From NCBI GenBank assembly GCA_052327205.1, contig CM126208.1, forward strand, positions 164,300,001-164,364,000: a stretch of DNA of 64,000 nt, read 5' to 3'. The position numbers were made by a program, and so were the translations under genes. Positions within the stretch are counted from its first letter, which is position 1; every line of letters begins with the position of its first letter. This DNA comes from Somniosus microcephalus. Lineage: Eukaryota. Positions 59,953 to 64,000 of this stretch are shown in pieces. The notes beneath the pieces are model-generated. The model ran no database searches, was not told where the DNA came from, and was given only the letters and a program-made list of their open reading frames with translations.

Positions 59953-61974
59953 ATGCCCAGGACAATGGAGAAGGCCAGGGAGAGAGCGCAGCGCTTCAGC
60001 GAGGGTGACCTGAGGGTGCTGGTTGGCGCAGTGGAGCGCAGGCGCCATGTTCTGTTCCCTGAAGGTGGCAGGATGCCGCTGCCCAGCGCCTATCGGAAAG
60101 CCTGGAGGGAGGTGTCAAACAGGGTGACCTCCAACAGCGTGGTTGCCAGGACTCCTGTACAATGCCGAAAAAAGTTCAACGACCTCACTCGGGTTGTCAG
60201 GGTGAGTACCCTTTCCAGTGTCCTCCTCATCCCTGCATGTGCACCTCAGTTTATGGGCAAAGGGACCTGAAAGCCCTAATGCCCAGCCCTCATCCAGCAG
60301 CTATGGGACTGTCATGAAAATCACTTGCACATTCAGGACTTTACACACTGTCAGGGCTATTCCACCATGAGAGGCAGTGCAGACAAGATCAGGGCTTCAC
60401 ACTGTCAGGGCTAGTCCACCATGGGAGGCAGTGCAGACAAGATCAGGGCTTCACACTGTCAGGGCTAGTCCACCATAGGAGGCAGTGCAGACAAGATCAG
60501 GGCTTCACACTGTCAGGGCTAGTCCACCATGGGAGGCAGTGCAGACAAGATCAGGGCTTCACACTGTACTTAGAGGCCGTCCTTTCTCTTGCAGGGCAAG
60601 GTGGCGCACAACCGAAGGCAGCAGCGTGAGACCGGGGGAGGCCATCCTGACCTCAAACAGCTCTCCGACCTGGAGCAGCGTGTGGAGCGCATTATGTCAG
60701 GCCGGCTGATTGGCCCCATTGCCAGTGGAGATGCCGACCCTGTTGTGGGCCCCAATGGTAAGGGCATCACCTTTTTGACCTCTCTCTTTCCACTTGCGCC
60801 TCAGAACAGCATCCTTTGCCACTGTCGGACCAATGCAGTGCATAGCAGCACTCATGCCTCCCTCGCTACCGCCCTGTCCTCACTCTAAAGCAACTCTTGT
60901 GCCTCCCTGCTTTCAGATGCTGAATCACCAGGTGAGGAGGCGGGCCCTCAAGCTGGCACTGTGAGTGAATCAGAGGGTGAGGAGGAGGAAGAGGAAGCCG
61001 GACCATCAGTGCCACCCTCAGCCGAGGCAGCCCATGGCGATGATGGGGACACGTCTTCCCTGGAGGGGAGCAGGGGGGAAGGGTCGGAGGAGAGTGAAGC
61101 TCCGGGGCTCAGCGGGCTGCAGCAACGCGGGAGGGGTGGGGAAGCTCGGCGGCCTTCTCCCTGGAGGGTGAGTGCGGCCTCCAGTCCTGCTACGGTGAGC
61201 ACAGAGGAGGTGTGGCTCCTTGCGGAAATGGCCGCCCAGGCTGAGCGCAGGCACACTGAGCTCATGGCTGCAGTGGCAAGGATGCCTGACTCCATAGAGT
61301 CACTGTCAAGGAGTGTGCAGGAATTCGGGGCAGCACAGGCCAGGAGTCTGCAACAATTCAGTGCAGCACAGGCCAGGAGTCTGCAACAATTCAGTGCAGC
61401 ACAGGCCAGGAGTCTGCAGGACTTCGCGGCAGCACAGGCGGCTTCTAGCCAAGTGCTCAGTCGTGCCGTGCATTCACTGGCTGGTGTCATGCGGACACAG
61501 ACCAGGGCCACACGGGCAGTAACTGCTGCCACCCTCGCTGGATCGGCCAGGCATCGCCAGGGCACTCGCCGCGCCGCAGCAGCCCAGCAGTCTGTGCTTC
61601 AGCAGATTGCTGCGCATGCTGCAGTGCTGGCCCGTGCGAGTGCCAATGTATCAGGCGACCAGGGAGTACCTGTGATCTGTCAGGTTGGCAGCATTCCTGC
61701 AACCGAAACTGTCACTCCTCCATTGCAGCTGCCACCAGCCGCTGGACAGACTGCTGCTGCCCAAGCAGAGTTGGAGCAGTCAGCAGCCGGCCCCTCCAGG
61801 ACCAGAGCTGGTCCAGGCCGACCCCCAAGGGCATCTGCCGTCTCGCCATCTGACCCTCAGCAGCCTTCCCCCAGGCTTGCTGCAGCCACTGGGGTCCCAT
61901 TGAGGAGGAGCTGCAGGGCGGGCAGGGGCCAGTCACGGATGCGAAACGCATCACCCTCGCGGGGGAAAAAGTAG
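59953..61974 (+). CDS. Harbinger Myb/SANT-like DNA-binding protein; exons 59953-60201, 60595-60757, 60917-61974 (489 aa)
   Basis: RERAQRFSEGDLRVLV...KAWREV...RTPVQCRKKFNDL; GT-AG introns (AGG|GTGAGT, TTGCAG|GGC, G|GTAAG, TTTCAG|AT) with matching phases 0 and 1; no stop until TAG 61972-61974. Confidence 0.88.
60344..60567. repeat. 54-bp tandem repeat, ~4 copies, in Myb intron 1
   Basis: CACACTGTCAGGGCTAGTCCACCATGGGAGGCAGTGCAGACAAGATCAGGGCTT at 60344, 60398, 60452, 60506. Confidence 0.92.
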
Positions 61975-62004
61975 AAGGTGTGGCCAAATGTTTTGTTTCA
62001 CTTG

Positions 62005-62135
62005 TAAAGGCCGATACTGGTGTCTTTGTTTTACTTGTAAAGGCCGAGACTGGTCTATTTGTTTTTTTGGAAAGGCCGAGACTGTTCTATTTGTTTTTTT
62101 GGAAAGGCCGAGACTGGTCTATTTGTTTTTTTTGG
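62005..62135. repeat. ~31-34-bp tandem repeat, 4 copies, between the convergent stop codons
   Basis: AAAGGCCGAGACTGGTCTATTTGTTTTTT-like units. Confidence 0.85.
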
Positions 62136-62315
62136 GGGGGGCTTCTCTCCATTAGTTTGTTATGTGGGAAGGGCACAGAGTTATCAAAGTAATACATTTT
62201 CTGAAATCGCACTGTCCATGCTTTCTTTTGGAAGTCCTGGTTGCCCTGCTCGGCAGAGGGCTTGTGGAGCGGTGACATTCATCTTGTGCCCACAAGCCAT
62301 TCCCTGAGAGGGGGC

Positions 62316-63443
62316 CTAGAACCGACGTGCAATAAGCCGCCGATGGGTGGCCCTTGCACTTTCTGCCTCCCTCCTGTGCTGGTCCTCCTCCTCCTCCTCC
62401 TCCTCCTCCTCTGGTGGTCCTCCAATGTCTGGTGGCAGTGGCTGAGTCCTGCGGATAGCCAGGTTGTGCAGCATGCAGCACACGACAACGAAATGGGAGA
62501 CTCGCTCAGGCGAGTACTGTAGGGCTCCTCCGGAATGATCCAGACAGCGGAACCGTTGCTTCAGGATGCCGATTGTTTGCTCAATGATGTTCCTGGTTGC
62601 TTGATGGCTGTCATTGTATCCCTCTTCAGCAGGGGTGCGGGGCGGACGGAGTGGGGTCATCAGCCAGGTGCACAAAGGATAGCCTTTGTCCCCGAGAAGC
62701 CATCCTTGTGGGTGAGGCTGGGCCTGGAACATGTCTGCCACAAAAGTCTGGCGCAGGATGAAGGCATCGTGGCTGCTGCCTGGAAAGCGGGCATTGACAG
62801 CTAGGATGAGCTGCCTGTGGTCACACACAAACTGCACGTTGAGCGAATGGTAGCCCTTCCGGTTGCGGTAATCCTCGGCATTCTCTAGAGGTGCCCGCAA
62901 AGCCACATGCGTGCAGTCAATGGCGCCCTGCACCATGGGGAAGCCCGCTAATGCTGCAAAGCCCATTGCACGCTGTTGCTGCTTGTCAACGGTCATGGAG
63001 AAGGAGATGAACTGACGTCTCCTTCTGAAAAGGGCATTGGTCACCTGGCGGATGCAGCAATGTACCGCAAACTGGGAGATGTTGGAAATGTCCCCAGTAG
63101 CGGATTGGAAGGAGCCGGTGGCATAGAAGTTGAGAGACACCGTCACCTTCACTGCCACCGACAGAGACGTCCTGCTCCTCAGCTGTGGCTGCAGATCTCC
63201 GCGAAGCAGGTGGCAGATCTCAGTGACCACCGCCCTTCTGAATCGCAGCCTCCGAACACACTGCTCGTCAGACATGTTCAGAAATGAGAACTGCTGGCGG
63301 TATACCCTGGGTGGGTAAGGCCTCCTTTGCCGACGCCTGTTGCCCCTTCTCCATCTGGCCATGACTGGCACTCTCTCACGGCGTCTCTGAGCCCTTTGAA
63401 TGCAATGGAGAAGCCCAACGTTTCCACCCATTGCAGCCCCCAT
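62316..63443 (-). CDS. PIF/Harbinger DDE transposase (HARBI1-like), 375 aa, intact
   Basis: GAIDCTHV, NRKGYHSLNVQ, PGSSHDAFIL, LGDKGYP, RNIIEQTIG: catalytic D-D-E present; single ORF. Confidence 0.95.
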   Translation of the reverse strand: MGAAMGGNVGLLHCIQRAQRRRERVPVMARWRRGNRRRQRRPYPPRVYRQQFSFLNMSDEQCVRRLRFRRAVVTEICHLLRGDLQPQLRSRTSLSVAVKVTVSLNFYATGSFQSATGDISNISQFAVHCCIRQVTNALFRRRRQFISFSMTVDKQQQRAMGFAALAGFPMVQGAIDCTHVALRAPLENAEDYRNRKGYHSLNVQFVCDHRQLILAVNARFPGSSHDAFILRQTFVADMFQAQPHPQGWLLGDKGYPLCTWLMTPLRPPRTPAEEGYNDSHQATRNIIEQTIGILKQRFRCLDHSGGALQYSPERVSHFVVVCCMLHNLAIRRTQPLPPDIGGPPEEEEEEEEEDQHRREAESARATHRRLIARRF

Positions 63444-64000
63444 TATATGTTTCCAATCAATGCTATGGCTCTGAAGTTAAAGACAAGTGCAAAGCTGTGG
63501 CCTGAAGCCACAAGTACCTGTGCGAGTGTTGAGCCAAACCAGAAAGCTCTCTACCTTTGTCTCTCTCCAAAGATCCGTCTCTCACAAAGAAGGAGTGTTG
63601 CAAAATGGCTGCCATTTCTACTGCAGGAGGAGTGCCCTTTAATTAGCGCCCCCCGCAGCGACTGGGAACCGTTCCCCTCTACCAGTCGCTAGGGGCGCCA
63701 GGCGCACAATAGGCCGGCGCCACTGAATTTCCGGTTTGGGGCGCACAAAGGGCGTTGCACCATGAAATGACGTCAGGATCTGCGCGTGCAGCTGAGCGCG
63801 CGCAAAGGCTTGGCGCCGCCACTAAATCTTAACTGAAGTTGGCGAGAGGCGCAGATCGCGCTGCGCCCGGGCGCTAGCCGCTTAGCACCCCACATCTCCT
63901 CCTCCTAAGGCGCTAGCGGCTGGCGCAAACAACTGAATTTCTAGGCCATTCTGTTTCTGTATTCTTTGAATTACATAGAATTACATAGAATATACAGCAC

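Larger units (their letters stand above)
59604..63947. mobile_element. Apparently intact autonomous PIF/Harbinger DNA transposon (4344 bp)
   Basis: Perfect TIRs GGCCTAGAAATTCAGT / ACTGAATTTCTAGGCC; dense GGCGC(T/A) subterminal motifs; convergent Myb/SANT and transposase genes; inserted in a CR1. Confidence 0.95.
57637..63970 (-). mobile_element. CR1 3' part interrupted by a second CR1 (58077-59300) and by the Harbinger (59604-63947)
   Basis: Segments 57637-58075, 59301-59603 and 63948-63970 are colinear CR1 ORF2 C-terminus/3' UTR. Confidence 0.8.

Noticed and set aside
62316-63443. Domesticated host HARBI1 gene
   Set aside because: Flanked by TIRs, paired with a Myb gene and inserted in a CR1: a transposon copy, so no gene symbol assigned

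Overview
Eukaryotic, almost entirely transposon-derived window with no recognisable host protein-coding gene. The mix of CR1 LINEs, V-SINE/Deu-type SINEs, Penelope remnants and Harbinger elements suggests a cartilaginous fish (inference). It contains four Gypsy LTR retrotransposons of two lineages: two Mag-like elements with a tRNA-Ser primer-binding site (10042-15169 +, 18228-23333 -) and two without a tRNA PBS (1-1812 -, partial; 35229-39578 +). It also has about ten CR1 copies, a deleted hAT element, several MITEs, a 4x ~1.7-kb tandem array of a Harbinger fragment, and an apparently intact autonomous PIF/Harbinger transposon (59604-63947) with a transposase and a 3-exon Myb/SANT gene. Most interesting signals: (i) both tRNA-less Gypsy elements carry, at the PBS position, a 13-14-nt perfect complement of their own LTR poly(A)-signal region at conserved spacing with covarying sequence, a candidate self-priming or poly(A)-masking system; (ii) both Mag-like copies share the same -1 frame break between protease and RT; (iii) two unrelated Gypsy lineages inserted into palindromes of the same Harbinger MITE family. 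All coordinates were read by eye; the edges of old fragments are approximate.
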